Shown here one piece after another: positions 1-13,595 of a DNA stretch of 64,000 bases. The first letter of the stretch is position 1. Each line of letters starts with the position of its first letter. Origin of the DNA: Lama glama (Eukaryota); contig CM052816.1 in NCBI GenBank assembly GCA_028534125.1, forward strand, positions 64,668,001 through 64,732,000, in the 5' to 3' direction. Made by a program: the position numbers and the translations under genes. The notes below the pieces were generated by a model. It searched no databases, was not told where the DNA came from, and saw only the letters and a program-made list of their open reading frames with translations.

Positions 1-1995
1 AATTTGGATGTAAAATTTGTAGGTAAAAACTATGTTGCCATCAGAACCCAAAAGTACTAAAAGATGTACCTGTATATCCTAAATGTGTACCAAATGAGTC
101 TCCTTGGAGAAGGATGTTATCAGTGTAATGTCATACCTGTGCTCCTGGAAGAAGGTGGATGCAGTTGAGATCCTGTCTGCAAAGACTGTGTGGTGGCAAA
201 GCTGCTAAGGTACCTGATGGACAGTCTGGAAAAGGTGTATTGTGTTCCTTTGAGGCGAAGACAAATTGCAGCTAGAGGCTGGTGAAACAGGCACTGAACA
301 GAGCATGTTAGCCAAATCTGTAAGAGCAAAATATTTACCAGTTGTTGACTGAATAGAATCAGTAATTTCAATAATATTGGATATAGAGTATGGGGGCCCC
401 AATGGATGGGACCACATTATTAATGTTGTAGTAATGCATCATAAGGTGCCCTTTTATCTTTTTGTTATAAAATAATCCTTTAGTATATTCATTTAGTGTA
501 TAAATTTTGGAATGCCAATTGGATCAAATTATAAAACTGTTTTAATATTATATATGTATATATTATTCAATTACCTTTTATTTTCTGTTTCGCTTTTAAA
601 TCAGTAACTAATCTAGAACTAGCATTATGCTTGCTAGACTGGCATTTGCCTAGTACTTAAAATTTAAACTTTTTGGTTTTTTTCCCCTTGGGTTTGTAGC
701 CACCTAAAGTCATTTTTCTTGTTTTCTTCCTGTTTCAGGTTTTTGCACCCTAGGTGCAGTCTTTACTTTTTTTTCTGGCTGGTAAGACAAAAAGAGGGAG
801 GCTGAAGGGGCCAAGTGCATCTAGGCAACTTTCCCCTGGGATGTCCTCTGACCACAGAATAATCAATCCCTTCCTCACACCCACCTTTTTTCAAATTTGT
901 AGAATGGCTTGAATCTCTAGGTGACTAAAATTTTTCCTTTTTTTTTTTCCCTTTTGGATGTTTACCTGATAAGCTCCTGATGGTTCCGAGTGGCATCTTT
1001 GTAAGCAAAGCCCCCCTTCTCTAGGGTGTCCCAATCAACCTTAGAGGGGCTAAAGTCTACATCTAGGAAAGCAATGGTGGCATCAGCATTAGCATTTACA
1101 TTTTTTGTTTGAGCACAAGACCCTTTGCATGTTGACAATTAGCGGCTCTTAGGAGAGTACACGTACATGGATTAAGTACTTTGCATTTTTAAAATTCATT
1201 GGATCAACTCTTCAGGGTTTTGGTTGGGGGGGTGCTGGAACCAGATGCAGCTTCCCCTTCATTCCCTTTTTTATTAAATATTGAGCCACTGGTCTCCAGG
1301 GATGGGACCTGTTAGACCCTGCTAGGTTGGGAAATAAGTTGCTCATGACAGCAGCAAGTAGGCATAGCAATGAAGCTTGCGACTAGAAGTGTTTGTGGGG
1401 AGCCATGATCTTCTGAGAAGGCCCTCACACCAAACCCACAAATGGTTCACAGCATATGAGCAAGTGTTCAGGTGGAGCCATCTCCTACTGCTTTGAGGAA
1501 CAGGATGGAATTTGACTCAGAAAAGCTCAGAGAGGACAAGAGAAATGGTTTATGCATGCCTCCAGAAGCGTATGTCATTCCAGACACTAGATTCTTCATC
1601 TAAGTGACTCAGATGGCTCTACTGCTTGTCAGCGTTGCCCAGTCAGCGGATTAGACTTGTCCTATGGCAGTAGGAAGGTAGTCACTCCTCATCCCCAGCA
1701 GATGGACCTTTTAAAAATGTAGCCAGTCACCTATAAACCCCAGTGGTTCTGTCCTGGATCTTGAGCTCTCCACCAATGGGGGAAATACACTGAGTGCCCC
1801 CTTTAGGTTGGGAAATCATGGTAATACCTGACAGGAAAACAACACAATGCAGCAGGCACCAAGCAGCAAGTGCACTAACAACCAGGGGTGCCCTTTCAGG
1901 CAGTGGCCCTTGACTGTCACATCTAGACAATAAGCCAAGATCAGCTCAAAGAATATCATCTACTTTTCGTGCAAATCACCCAGCTCGCTGTGCCA
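1..1995 (-). mobile_element. Decayed ERVL-class endogenous retrovirus internal region (pol/RT fragments at about 100-430)
   Basis: Minus-strand ORF pieces SNIIEITDSIQSTTGKYFALTDLANMLCSVPVS and KGTQYTFSRLSIRYLSS, followed by HYTDNILLQG (decayed YIDD), resemble ERVL reverse transcriptase; frameshifted; adjoins an LTR and PBS. Confidence 0.85.
1978..1995 (-). other. Retroviral primer-binding site, tRNA-Ser-like
   Basis: Plus strand ACCCAGCTCGCTGTGCCA matches 16/18 of a tRNA-Ser 3' end as recalled (ACCCTGCTCGCTGCGCCA); it lies just inside the LTR edge at about 2000. Confidence 0.7.
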
Positions 1996-1999
1996 ACTG

Positions 2000-2556
2000 T
2001 GTTGAGATTTGTCCTGGTTTTGTTCTAATCAGGTATGGCAAGACACACAGAAGGAAATGACTATCACGAAGGAAGATGTTTATATTCACAGATCCCTAGA
2101 ACTAGAACCAGAAGGCATGGCATACCCTGCCATGCAGGGTTACGGGGGAAGGACTAGGTTAGGTCAGGAGGCCTCTCTAGGGAGAAAGCAGAGCATGGCC
2201 TTTATTGGGGTTTGCTGGGAAGGAATGAGTGGGGCAGGATAGGTACACCGAATAAATTTAGGATTGGATAGTTGGAATAATTTCATTAGACTCTGGCACT
2301 TAGTTGTCTGGTACCCGGCCCTGGGGTAATCTAGGACAAGGGGAATAGTGGTTTAGTGTGTGAGAGCTTGATAAAGAAGATGGCTGGGGGTGTGGACTCT
2401 GGATTGATTGGTTTGTATATCAAAGGCATGCTCCCTGGGGAATCCTTTGCTATCTCTGGGAATTAATTAGACCTGGAAGAGGCAGTGTTGCCAGGACCAA
2501 GGCCCCAAATGCCAGAGTATCAAGAATACAGAAAATAAGAAAATATAGTCAATACA
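2000..2556 (-). mobile_element. ERVL-family LTR (5' LTR of the provirus; subfamily uncertain, MER54/73/74-like)
   Basis: TG...CA bounded, about 557 bp, adjacent to the PBS and ERVL internal sequence. Confidence 0.7.
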
Positions 2557-4094
2557 TGTAGTTATACCAAATGACACAGAAAAATTTCTGTGAGCTATAA
2601 TTGAAAGAAAATCAGGACAGAACTGTGTATATCCTATTTTTGCAAAATAAAAATACTTGCCCACCTATGTCTACATAGGTCCATACTGGATTATAATGTG
2701 AATGAACACATACTTGGTTAATAACTTGGATTGTGGAAGGAGGGGTAAGGGATGGGGAAGGAGTTGCTGATGTGGGAAGAGGAGTTTGCATGATAACAGC
2801 ATGCCGAACACCCAGCTATGTAAAATTATGTGTCATAAAGAGATGCATGAAAGAATGGCCACTAAAATATTAGTAGTAGTTACCTGAGGGTGGTATGATT
2901 TCAAGTCATCTTTACGTCTTGGAAGGTTTATGGCTTAAATTATTTACAATAAGCATGTATATTTATATAACTATAAAGAAGTAATAGTTATTTACAGCTT
3001 GGAAAAAGACTTCTTCTTTCTTAAAACAAAAAAAAAATTCTCAATTTCAATAGCATTTTCAAAGGTCATAAACATCCTCACCGAGGGGAGAAAAAGTGAA
3101 AGTAAAATGGTCAGGGCTTAAGAAAATTAACTAAAAAGTAAATGTATGGAAAAGAAACCATTTGGCCAGAAAGGTCTGATATGAGGCCTAACACTTACAC
3201 TTAAAAACTCTACTACTGTATACTTGGTATTCAAGCTCACAAAAACCTCTTTAACTACTCTCCTACTGATAAGAATCAGAAAGAAAGGGAATATAAGGTT
3301 AGCTTCATGATAATCACTCATTAGTTATGACATGAGAAGAGGAAACAATACAATAGAAATTTTTGTGACATTTCATGTTTAAGACAGATCTCCTGCCAGG
3401 ATATCTTCTGCTTTGATGAATGAAGGAGGACTTAGTCACATCTTAACCAGATTCATAGAAAAGCAGTTCAAGCTGCTGACAGTAAAATAAAGGAAACATG
3501 GAATTTTCCCCAAGTTAAAAACCTCTTCCTTTTCAGATTGTGGAAGGCACCAAATTCAAAAAAACTTAACACAAAGCTAGACAATGGTCAAATAAATGAA
3601 ATCATTGCAAAAACTAATACACAAATAAGAAAGAATTAAAAAATTGGTGCTAACTTTTCAACTATAATTTTTGATATGATCCTCAGTAAAATCATTCTTG
3701 AAAGTGAAAATGAGGAAGGTGATGGTGCAGTAGCAGGAGAAAGTCAGCACTGATCACGATACTTGCTCATTCTCTGAGACTGCATCTTACGGTCACACAA
3801 ACTGTTCAAGTTCCCACAGAGGAGGTGCCATGATCTGTCCCCTTGTACTGCAGCTGTAGGGGCTGCAGCAGGCCACAGCATCTGGATCAAGGAGACATGT
3901 TCTGATTAAGTAAAGTACATAGAACTCTGTTACAGGATTTCATGAAATTACTAACCTCATTTTAAAATAAATGGAAAGTCATACAGATTCAGGGCTAATT
4001 TAGCTGTCACTGGACAATTGAAAAAATAAAACAAAACAGTCCTGTTTTAAAAAAGTTTCATCAATAGAGACAAAAAGGCACTAAGAATTGATAT

Positions 4095-4163
4095 TTATCC
4101 TTCCTCATCACTGCTGCTCCAGGCATCTTCAAATGCTGGATTTAATTGTGATTTGGTTGTAGT
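4095..4163 (-). CDS. ERCC8: ERCC8 (CSA) terminal coding exon (exon 12)
   Basis: Acceptor tttttag; translates TTTKSQLNPAFEDAWSSSDEEG* (TAA at 4097-4095), the CSA C-terminus; phase 0. Confidence 0.97.
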   Translation of the reverse strand, partial: TTTKSQLNPAFEDAWSSSDEEG

Positions 4164-4821
4164 CTAAAAAAGGGAACAAAAAGAAAGATTCGATTATTCT
4201 ACCTCAATATTTTAGGCTCATAATATAGTTATGAAATATATCAGATAAAAAGCAATTAGATAATCTTGAAAAAAAACTTATATAATTGTTAATTTCAAAC
4301 CAAAAATAACATAAGAAACACCCTACATACAATATAAAGCAGTTTAACTTCATTTAACATAAATAGACATACCAGGCTTTATCCAAATTATCTGTTTCCT
4401 TCAAAGTAGTTACCATACACACACACACACAAACACAATGATACTGCTATTACTTAAGGTATTTTTACAATCCTTTGGAATTACCTGGAGAAGGTAGCAC
4501 ATTAACATCCATGTAGCTAGGACTGGACTCAGTCTATAATCTGACCTAACAGCCCAAAATATTAATGTAGGCAACTTTTATTGTTTGGATAGACCTGACT
4601 TTTATAAATAATCAAAAAGCCATATATGGGGACTAAGGTGGTCCAAAAAGTAGTGTGGGTTATTAAATAGTGAGGTTTATTTATTTATTTTTATAGCTAG
4701 TAAAAGTAGTTCAGAAACACACGCAAAATGTATCAGAAATGGTAACATGTTTGTTGTTAGCATGTTGGTTTCCCTTGGCGTTTTCTTTGAAAGAGAACAT
4801 GCATTTAGATTGTGTTTATTT

Positions 4822-5446
4822 AAAAGCAAGAATAAACAAATGGGACCTAATTAAACTTGAAAGCAAACGAAACCATAGGTAAAACAAAACGACNNNNNNN
4901 NNNNNNNNNNNNNNNNNNNNNNNNNNNNNNNNNNNNNNNNNNNNNNNNNNNNNNNNNNNNNNNNNNNNNNNNNNNNNNNNNNNNNNNNNNNNNTGGTATA
5001 TTTATACAATGGAATACTACTCAGCCATAAAAACCAACAGCATAACACCCTAACACCATTTGCAGCAAAATGGATGCTCCTGGAGAATGTCATTCTAAGT
5101 GAAGTAAGCCAGAAAGAGAAAGAAAAATACCATATGAGATCGCTCATATGTGGAATCTTAAAAAAAAAACAAAACAGAAATACAAAGCAGAAACAGACTC
5201 ATAGACATAGAATACAAACTTGTGGTTGCCAGGGGGTACAGGGGGCGTAGAATAGACAAACAAGATTGTACTGTGTAGCACAAGAAAATATATACAGGAT
5301 CTTGTGGTGGCTCACAGCGAAAGAGAATGTGACAATAAATTTATGTATGTTCATGTATAACTGAAAACTTGTGCTCTACACTGGAATTTGACACAACATT
5401 GTAAAATGACTATAACTCAATAAAAGAAGTTTAAAAAAATAAAAAA
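4822..5446 (+). mobile_element. 5'-truncated lineage-specific LINE-1 with A-rich tail and TSD, spanning gap 4894-4993
   Basis: ORF2 C-terminal and 3'UTR-like sequence with AATAAA and A tail; direct repeat TAGATTGTGTTTATTTAAAA at 4806-4825 and 5447-5466. Confidence 0.9.
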
Positions 5447-7994
5447 TAGATTGTGTTTATTTAAAACAACAAAACATTGCAGTATTCTTACAACTTTTGA
5501 GCTGTACCTAATAAACATAACCAGCAATTAGAGGAATTTTAATTATCTGGGGTTTTCAAATCAATTCACTTTTTTGGGAGAGTTTTTGAATGGCAACCTT
5601 CTTATTCTCAGGCAAATGATTAAAGGGCTTTAAGATAACCTCATTTTTTTTGAGTATCTGGACATTATGAGCCAGATTTGCTTCTTATTCTGCAGCTTTT
5701 ACATTTGTTATGAGTTTGTTTAAACCCCAAATCCAATAATGTATTAGTAACTAGATTACTCTTAAATCATCTTAGATGTATTGCCTTTTATAACATGTAG
5801 CAATATTTTATGTTAAGGGTAACCCCTATGATATACCTGAGAATGTTCAGTTCCTTTTTGATGAACAAGCTGACTTAGACTCTTATAAGTCAAACAATGA
5901 TAACAGTAGAAAAAGTAGGTGTTTCCAGAAAATTCCCCAAGTATCAGCCTGGATAGTCAGAAAACAATCTATTAATTTAGGTATTCTTTATAGCTGTTAA
6001 AGCTATAGCTCAGAGTCCATTACTTAACCTAATGTTGGGTATTGTTGCCATTACTGAAACTAATGTTGGCCGTTTTCACTTAGTTGTACAAACAAAATTC
6101 CATTATATCCCAAATGTCCAGACCCAAAACTATTACCAAGCCTCAGCTAACTATTCAGTTTTTTTCTAGCAGCAGTCCACTTATTTGTGAGAGTAGCATA
6201 CTGAAGTCTGTTCATTTATTCTTTCATCCAAATGTTTTCTGAATTTCCTATCTTTCTGGGTTTATAATTTAACAACCAAATTAGGTTATGTAGTGAGAGT
6301 TTACTCAAAGATGTATTGTCTTTAGGGGTAGGTGATTATTCTTTCCTCCGCTACCTCTGAAAGCCTCTAAATCTGCCTTAGTTATCCACCAAAAAAGTCC
6401 TAGGGTAGGTAAGCCACGCAAAAGTCATTCCTCCTAATTCCACTATGGAAGCCCAATATATAACCTATTAAACATTTAAATTTCATTTGAAGACTCAACA
6501 GAGAAGCAAAATTATATTTTAAGGTAAATTACTGTTGCTATGAGTGGACAAAAATAATAAGTGAAAATTGGAAATGCAGTTGCATATAAATTTTAGTCTG
6601 TAGTAGTAAAGGATAACAATATGAATGTATTACAGTATTACTAGAAGTACATTTTATTGCTAAAAAAGTCACAAATAAAATATCTTACTTGTAGTTGAAA
6701 GTTGCAGTAAAAATATTACATATGATGTGGTACACATATTGCTGTTTGTGACCCACTGATCAAGTCTAACTACCATCTATTCAGTTTTCTCTCCAACATC
6801 TCCGCCTAGTGGACATTCTTTCTATGCTTGAACATATCCATCTCTACCTGTTTTACTGAGAGACGGTTGTGAACGTAGTTAGATAAGTATGAATTTAAAG
6901 GGGATCTAGCTCAGGTCCAAATAATGGAAAGGGAGAACAGAACCAAACGTAACATCTACCACACATATATCTTGATAAATTCTAAATTTCTTACTAGTAA
7001 TTAGTGGAAAGTCTTTATAGGTAGAATATAGGGGGTATCTGTTTTAGTAAGTGATTATACATCCACACAAGTGGTAAATAAAAGTTACATATTGTGTCAC
7101 TGTCAAAATAAAGTAAGATTTTAAAAGAGATCATATTTAAACTATAACATAGCCACCCAAGAGACCTCAGGCAGGAAAAAGTGAAAAGAAGTTATACAGC
7201 CTTGCTCTGACCCTGACCAAGTTTTAGGAAGTGGGGGCAAAAAAAAGGGTAGATCTCTAAGAATATAACAAAACAGCCTGCCAACTAAATAATAAGATTT
7301 ATGCTTAAAGACAATAAAACCTATCCCTATCACCCAATGTTTTTTAGTTTTTTATGGTAGAACTAAATTCCTCCTCTATCTTGGATATCAGAAGAAACAC
7401 CCCTAAGGGATTATATTTTGGCTGATGGAGAAGTAAATCTCATCTCAAGGGTGGACTTGAAAGGAAACCTAAGAACACGTTTGCTTTGATGATTTTGATG
7501 TTTGAAGAGATCATAAACTTGTCCCAGATCACTAATAAATGGCAGAACTGGGATTTGAACCCAGTTACCAACATTATTATTATTTAGTTTACCTGACACT
7601 AAAGACCAAGTAAGTGTGTGTATGTAGTTGTGTGTTTTGTTTTCTGTTAAGTTCCTTCTCCGGGAAAATGTAGCAGTCACCCATTTGATAGTGAGATGAA
7701 AACACGTTTAAATACAAGTTAAATAGTAAATATACATGTAAGGGACAGGGTCTTATGTAGACAGACTTCTCTACTGGGATCTACATCATGACCATATTTA
7801 TGTTTTACCTACATTCACAGGAATCTTTCAAACTAAAGTTTTTCTGGAAATAATCTAGTCACTTACCATCTTATATTAATATGAGAATGGTGCCTACCTT
7901 AAAGCCTTATATATCAGTATATTTTAAAAGGTAAGGTTTTATAGCTCTTAAACTTAGATATAAAGCTGACTTGTTTCTTGTGTACTTCGATTTG

Positions 7995-8046
7995 ATTTCT
8001 ACTTTTTAACTTGATTACCCATTTCTACTTTTTAACTTGATTACCC
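7995..8046. repeat. Perfect 26-bp tandem duplication
   Basis: ATTTCTACTTTTTAACTTGATTACCC twice (7995-8020, 8021-8046). Confidence 0.95.
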
Positions 8047-8599
8047 ACATACAACATTCTTCTAGATGAGGAGTTCAAACTACTACCATAACTTCATAAT
8101 AAGGAAATAAACCGTCCCATATTATCTTTATAAAATAAGCAGTTTAGTTTTCTTCTAATATCCTTTTTTCCATATGTAAGTAAAAGATAATTTGCCTTTA
8201 ATTTATTTTTATATTTTTCATTTGGTAAATGATTGTTCAACTTTCCAACATGACCTATAGTGTTATGTTAGATTTAAAGTATATAGTAATAGACAAACAG
8301 GATACAGTAATTAACAATAATACAAAATAAATGGCTGAACCAAATTATTTGAACATATTAAGCTGTCTACAAAAAAAAATTCAGTCATTTAAAGCATTTG
8401 TACACTAAAACTAATCAAAGCCATAACAGACCAAATTGGACATGTGATGAAATCTGGAAAATACCACCTTTAGGTAGTTTAAGGTAAAAGTAAAAAAATT
8501 CAGAGGCTACTACCTAAGACCAGAGATCATGCCTTATTCATCTTTGTTTACTCACTGAATTTTTAAGGCTCTTTATTCACACTGTCATATTTGCACCAA

Positions 8600-9120
8600 T
8601 TTATGCTGTAAGAAAGGCATCAACAGACTGCTGGTAGAAGTGTAAATTGACAAACTATGACAGCATGAATAAAGAGCATTAAAAAATGTCATACATGATA
8701 ACTTAATAGATAAATCTACTTCTAGGAATCTATCCAAAGAAGTAATCAGAAATATAAATAATTTATGAATAGCTACCATTATGTTTTATAATGATCAAAA
8801 GAAATGTCTTCAAATAGGTAAATATTTAAATAACTGTGGTATATAAGTAACAGAATGCTATATTATTAAAAACAATACTTATGAATAGCTATTAATGACA
8901 TGAAAAAGTCTTATTGTATAGTATTGAGAAAAGTAGGATGCAAGGTTGTATGTTCAAGCGTGATATTAACTATGTTAAAAAAAACATGCAGAGGGAAAAA
9001 CAAGAAGTAAAATGAAGTAAAATGTTAATGGTGATTAAGTCAACTTCAGAAATTTATATTCTTTTAATATTTTTTGAATTTTCCAAATGTGTTATAGAGG
9101 CAAATTATTTTTACAATCAG
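8600..9120 (+). mobile_element. Ancient L1 (L1ME-like) 3' fragment
   Basis: Degenerate L1 3' motifs (tctacttctaggaatctatcc, aaataactgtggtat); boundaries approximate. Confidence 0.55.
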
Positions 9121-9220
9121 AAAATATCAAGAAATGCTTTAAAAGTCTCATGTAAGTTAATACAAAGTTTTTTCTTTATGATTTACAAGTCCCTGTACAA
9201 TTTGTACTAATAATATTTAC

Positions 9221-9304
9221 CTCATCATCATTGTCAGGAACTGGTTCATATAAGGATGGTACCCAAGCAAGAATATTGCAGTCTCGGCCACCACTGTACA
9301 GCTC
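9221..9304 (-). CDS. ERCC8: ERCC8 exon 11
   Basis: ctgtgttacag acceptor, GAG|gtaaat donor; 84 nt, [28 protein letters not shown] (end of the last WD40 repeat). Confidence 0.97.
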
Positions 9305-10732
9305 CTGTAACACAGAAAGCGAAGACACGGCTGTGGGTCAGCTTAGAGCTGGGACCAATCTGAAATGAGCTCCCTCAACTCTTTAAACCATTAGTTCTTA
9401 GATTAGATCCATTAGATTAATTCTATCTCTACTCCCCAAAGACACTGGGCTGATGTCCTCTTTTGTTTGTTTAAGATGTAGCAAAGGTTTGTTTTATATT
9501 TAAAAATAGTAGTAATTAGGGTATGTCAGAGTTTGCTAACATGTTAAAATTTACAAAAACACTCAATCATAGTGGTTTTTATCAGTCATAGTATCCATCA
9601 AGTGTTAAGAGTAGAGAGTGGAAAAAATTGAAGAAATGTAAGAGTTTGTCCTTTTCTGTCAATAACTCAGTTTCAGTAAAGACTTCAATGAAGAAACCAT
9701 GAATTTCTAGCTAAAATAGGCCAAAAATTCAAAAAGTTTTATTGAGCTCACAGCTGCCTAACTGACTGCTATTCAACTGATGAATCTGTCAGCTTGCTGA
9801 GAGGTTTACTTATAAGGGGAAGCTTGGGCCGATGCACAGTCTGTCACTGTCTTCATGGATATGCTGTATGCACATGCCCGACGATGTTCACTCCAGCCCA
9901 ATAGAACTTAAGAAACATGTTATACTGGCTTGTATTGAAAATATTCCTATGGGGGAATCTCAAAGCTTATAGAAATTTCAAGATTAAGTTGCCAACATGA
10001 GGTTCTATCACCCTTGAACAATCAATATGTGAACAAGGACTCTCCTACATAAATACAATGCAACCAGCAAAATCAGATGATTCACACTCATATATCATTA
10101 CCATCCAATTCTTAGACCCCATTCAAGTTTCACCAAGTGTCCCAACAATATCTTTTAGAGCAAAAGGTTCCAGTTCAAAAATCACATGCTGTACTTATGT
10201 CTGTTTATTTTCCTTCAATCTGGAAGAGTTCTTCAGTCTCTCATTGGCTTTCCTGATTTTGACAATTCTAAAGATATACAGCAGTTATCGTGTAGAATGT
10301 CCCTCAAATTTTGTCTTATGTTTCCTCATGATTAAATTCAGGTGATGCATCTTTGCCAGGAATATCACATACCTTGATAATTTGATTACACTGATGTATC
10401 TCAGTCTTCTTCAAGGTAAAATTACTCATTTTACCTTTGTAATTAATATTTTGTAGGGTTCTACCTTGAGACTATGTAATATCCCACTCCTCATCAGACT
10501 TTCAATTTATTAGTTTACTTACTTATAGCAGAATGGATTCATGGATCCCTATTTTAGCTAACAGGGAATAATTCATTATCATTTATTTTGATGTTGGGTA
10601 TACCTTTTCAAATTTTTACATTTATGATAGAATTACTATAATTATCAATTTTATTTTCTGACAGTGAGTTTTATGTAATATATAATTGATAAAAGGATTC
10701 TGTTGCTAAATGGATGCAACTCTTTTACTTCT

Positions 10733-10827
10733 AGGAGGTGCATACAGCTCAGTGGTGGAGAGCATGCTTAGTATGTGCCAAGGTCCTGGGTTTAATCCCT
10801 AGTACCTCCATTAAAAAAAGAAAAAAG
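10733..10827 (+). mobile_element. tRNA-derived SINE (camelid vic-1-like)
   Basis: A box (agctcagtggtggag), B box (gggtttaatccct), then agtacctcca and an A tail. Confidence 0.85.
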
Positions 10828-12291
10828 TCTTTGACTTCTATAATTTAGATTTGTAATTATTGTCCTTTTCAGAAATCCTATAGATGGAATGGGATAAGAG
10901 TTGGAAGCTTTCTGATGTAAGGCAGTGATTCAAATCTTTCCTAGTACATAGCACATACAGAAATGGTATTTGTCAGGAGGCAACTGGCCACAGGTTTCTG
11001 GCTATCCTAGGCTTGTCCCAGCTATTCTAGGGGCTGAGGGAAATCAACAGCTTGACACACTTTTGATCCATTCTAGGAACACCTGTTAGGAAACTTTGAT
11101 TTTGTAGAAAGCAATAATTGGTAGTCAGAATACCTGCATTAAAGTCTTGGCTGTGTCTCTAAGTGACCCTGGACAAGAAAAGAGGTACTGTATTCTAAGA
11201 ACTTCTTTGCATGGATAATCATGCTCTGTCAATCTGTGTGCAGATTTGAGGCAAGTCATGTCACCTCTCTGGTTGCTGTAGTAGTCTTTTCCCAGAAATA
11301 ACACTAAAAATGTTTAATAACTGGTATATCAGAACAACGGCCAATCAGAAGAGATACTGGACATAGAGTGGGAGGAGGGTTCTGAAAGCCTTTTTTAGTT
11401 GCTGGGTTGAGGTGAGGTCTAGGAGGCCCCAGGGAAGGGGGTGAAGCTAAAGGTCACTTAGGGGGCTTGGTGCAACAGCTATGTAACAAACAGAAGGATA
11501 TGTATTTGAATACTTTAATAACGGATACTACCATATTGAGGTGTGCTGGCTGAAAAACCAGCCCTGTATATTTTACTTCACAGTGTCAAACACAAATTAA
11601 GTAATGAGTATTAATGAATGAATGAATAAGGTGATAAAAGTCCTTCCTAGTTCTAAGAACCCATAATTTTCATTCTTTTAGTATTTAACTTTCATGAGCC
11701 TCATTTTCCTTATCTGCAATACACAGAAAATATCAACAATCTTACTACATTGAGATTCATTTAAAGGAGCCTATGATGTAATTTGTGCAAATATTCTGTG
11801 GAAAAAGCAATCTGCTCCACTGGTGTGATAAAAGAGAAAGGTTAGGATGTTAAACAAACAAAAACCATAGGTACTTAAATTATGTAAGCTGGATCAACTC
11901 AAAGGCAAACTTATTAGCCATTGGCAAAAAATTAAAAAAACAAACAACATTGCAGACAATCAAAATACACAAACTATGTTTTCAGATTAGATATACATGT
12001 CCATTTTTTCCCCCAAAAGCTTGTGGGCAAGAAATTATTTTAATTTGCCAGAGATTTTCAACTGCTAAATAAATGGAGCCCATATGCAAAAGAATTTATC
12101 CCAGTCAAGTTGCACAGTATTATACTGATTCATAGAGACATCCTATGCCACCTAAAAATATACCTTCTATTATCCTTTATTCAATAAACCCTAGCTCAAA
12201 TGTGGATAAGAAGTATAATTCCTTAGAACGAAATTGCAATGTACTCTTTTATATACAATCACTCTAGCAAGCTAGCTATCTGAACATTTTA

Positions 12292-12552
<261 letters not shown>

Positions 12553-12959
12553 TTAAGACAACAAAGACTAGAAAAATATTTACTTAAAATATTACAATAT
12601 ACTATAGAAATGGCTCCAGTAAGTCTAAAGAAAATGATCAATGTCCTAATAGAAACATGGGCCAATGACATAAATATACATTTCACGTAAAAGGGAAATA
12701 CAAACAGTAAAAAAAAAAAAAAAAAAAAAAAAGCCCACAAAAGCAAAGGTTCACATTTCAACTTTGAAATAAAAATGCAAATTAAGGCAATCTTGAAGAA
12801 TCATTTTAGACCATTCAGCAAAAATTTTAAGAAACCATAAGACACTCAATACAAGTGAGGTAAACAAGTAGGTGGTACTTGATCATTCCTTCTAAAAGGC
12901 CAAATGGTTTATTATGTAACAAAATATAAAGATATTCTTGTTTTTGGAAGGAAGGTAAC

Positions 12960-13135
12960 CTTTTTATTTTAAAACATTTTAAATTGTGGCAAAATACACA
13001 TAACATGAAATTTGCCATCTTAACCATATTTAAGTGTATGGTTCAGTGACATGAGGTATATTTGCATTGTTGTGCAACCATCACCACCATTCATTTTTTT
13101 TATCTTGCAAAACTGAAAGTCTATACCCATTAAAC
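12960..13135 (-). mobile_element. L1M(B)-like 3' end nested in an older L1 fragment
   Basis: aaattgtggcaaaatacacataacatgaaatttgccatcttaaccat...gtgcaaccatcaccacc is typical reverse L1MB 3' end sequence. Confidence 0.7.
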
Positions 13136-13464
13136 AACGAAGAGTCTTACTCCTTGACCTAGTAACTACTCCTAGGAATTTATCTTAGGGAAATAACTAA
13201 AAAGCAAAAGGTTATATACCCAGAGGAATTCACTGCAGTATTATCTAGAATGGCAAAATACCTGAGAATAGATATAAATTCCTAATAATATTAAATTAAG
13301 TCCACAGTTTATATAGCAATTAAAAAACTTAAGTATAAACATTATACAGAAAATAGGGATAAAAGCTAAGTGTAAAAAAAGAATACAAACAGCTTAGCTT
13401 TATGTAAGTAATTATGCATTCTGGACAGAAATAAAAATTCTGCACCCCGCATGCCAAAGGTACA

Positions 13465-13595
13465 TCAGCAATACCTGAGCAGGTAGAAATGCAGAATTCC
13501 AGGCCCTATTCCAATCTACTGAACTAGAATCTTTATTTTAACGAGATCCCTGGGGTGATCGGTAGGTTCATCAAAGTCTGAGAGATTCTGGACTA
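13465..13595. mobile_element. MER5-like hAT-Charlie MITE
   Basis: aaatgcagaattccaggccc...actgaactagaatct...ttttaacgagatccc...aagtctgaga. Confidence 0.65.

Noticed and set aside
10733..10827. Possible tRNA genes (also 15620-15697 and 63650-63791)
   Set aside because: A/B boxes are followed by a shared non-tRNA tail and poly(A); these are SINE copies.
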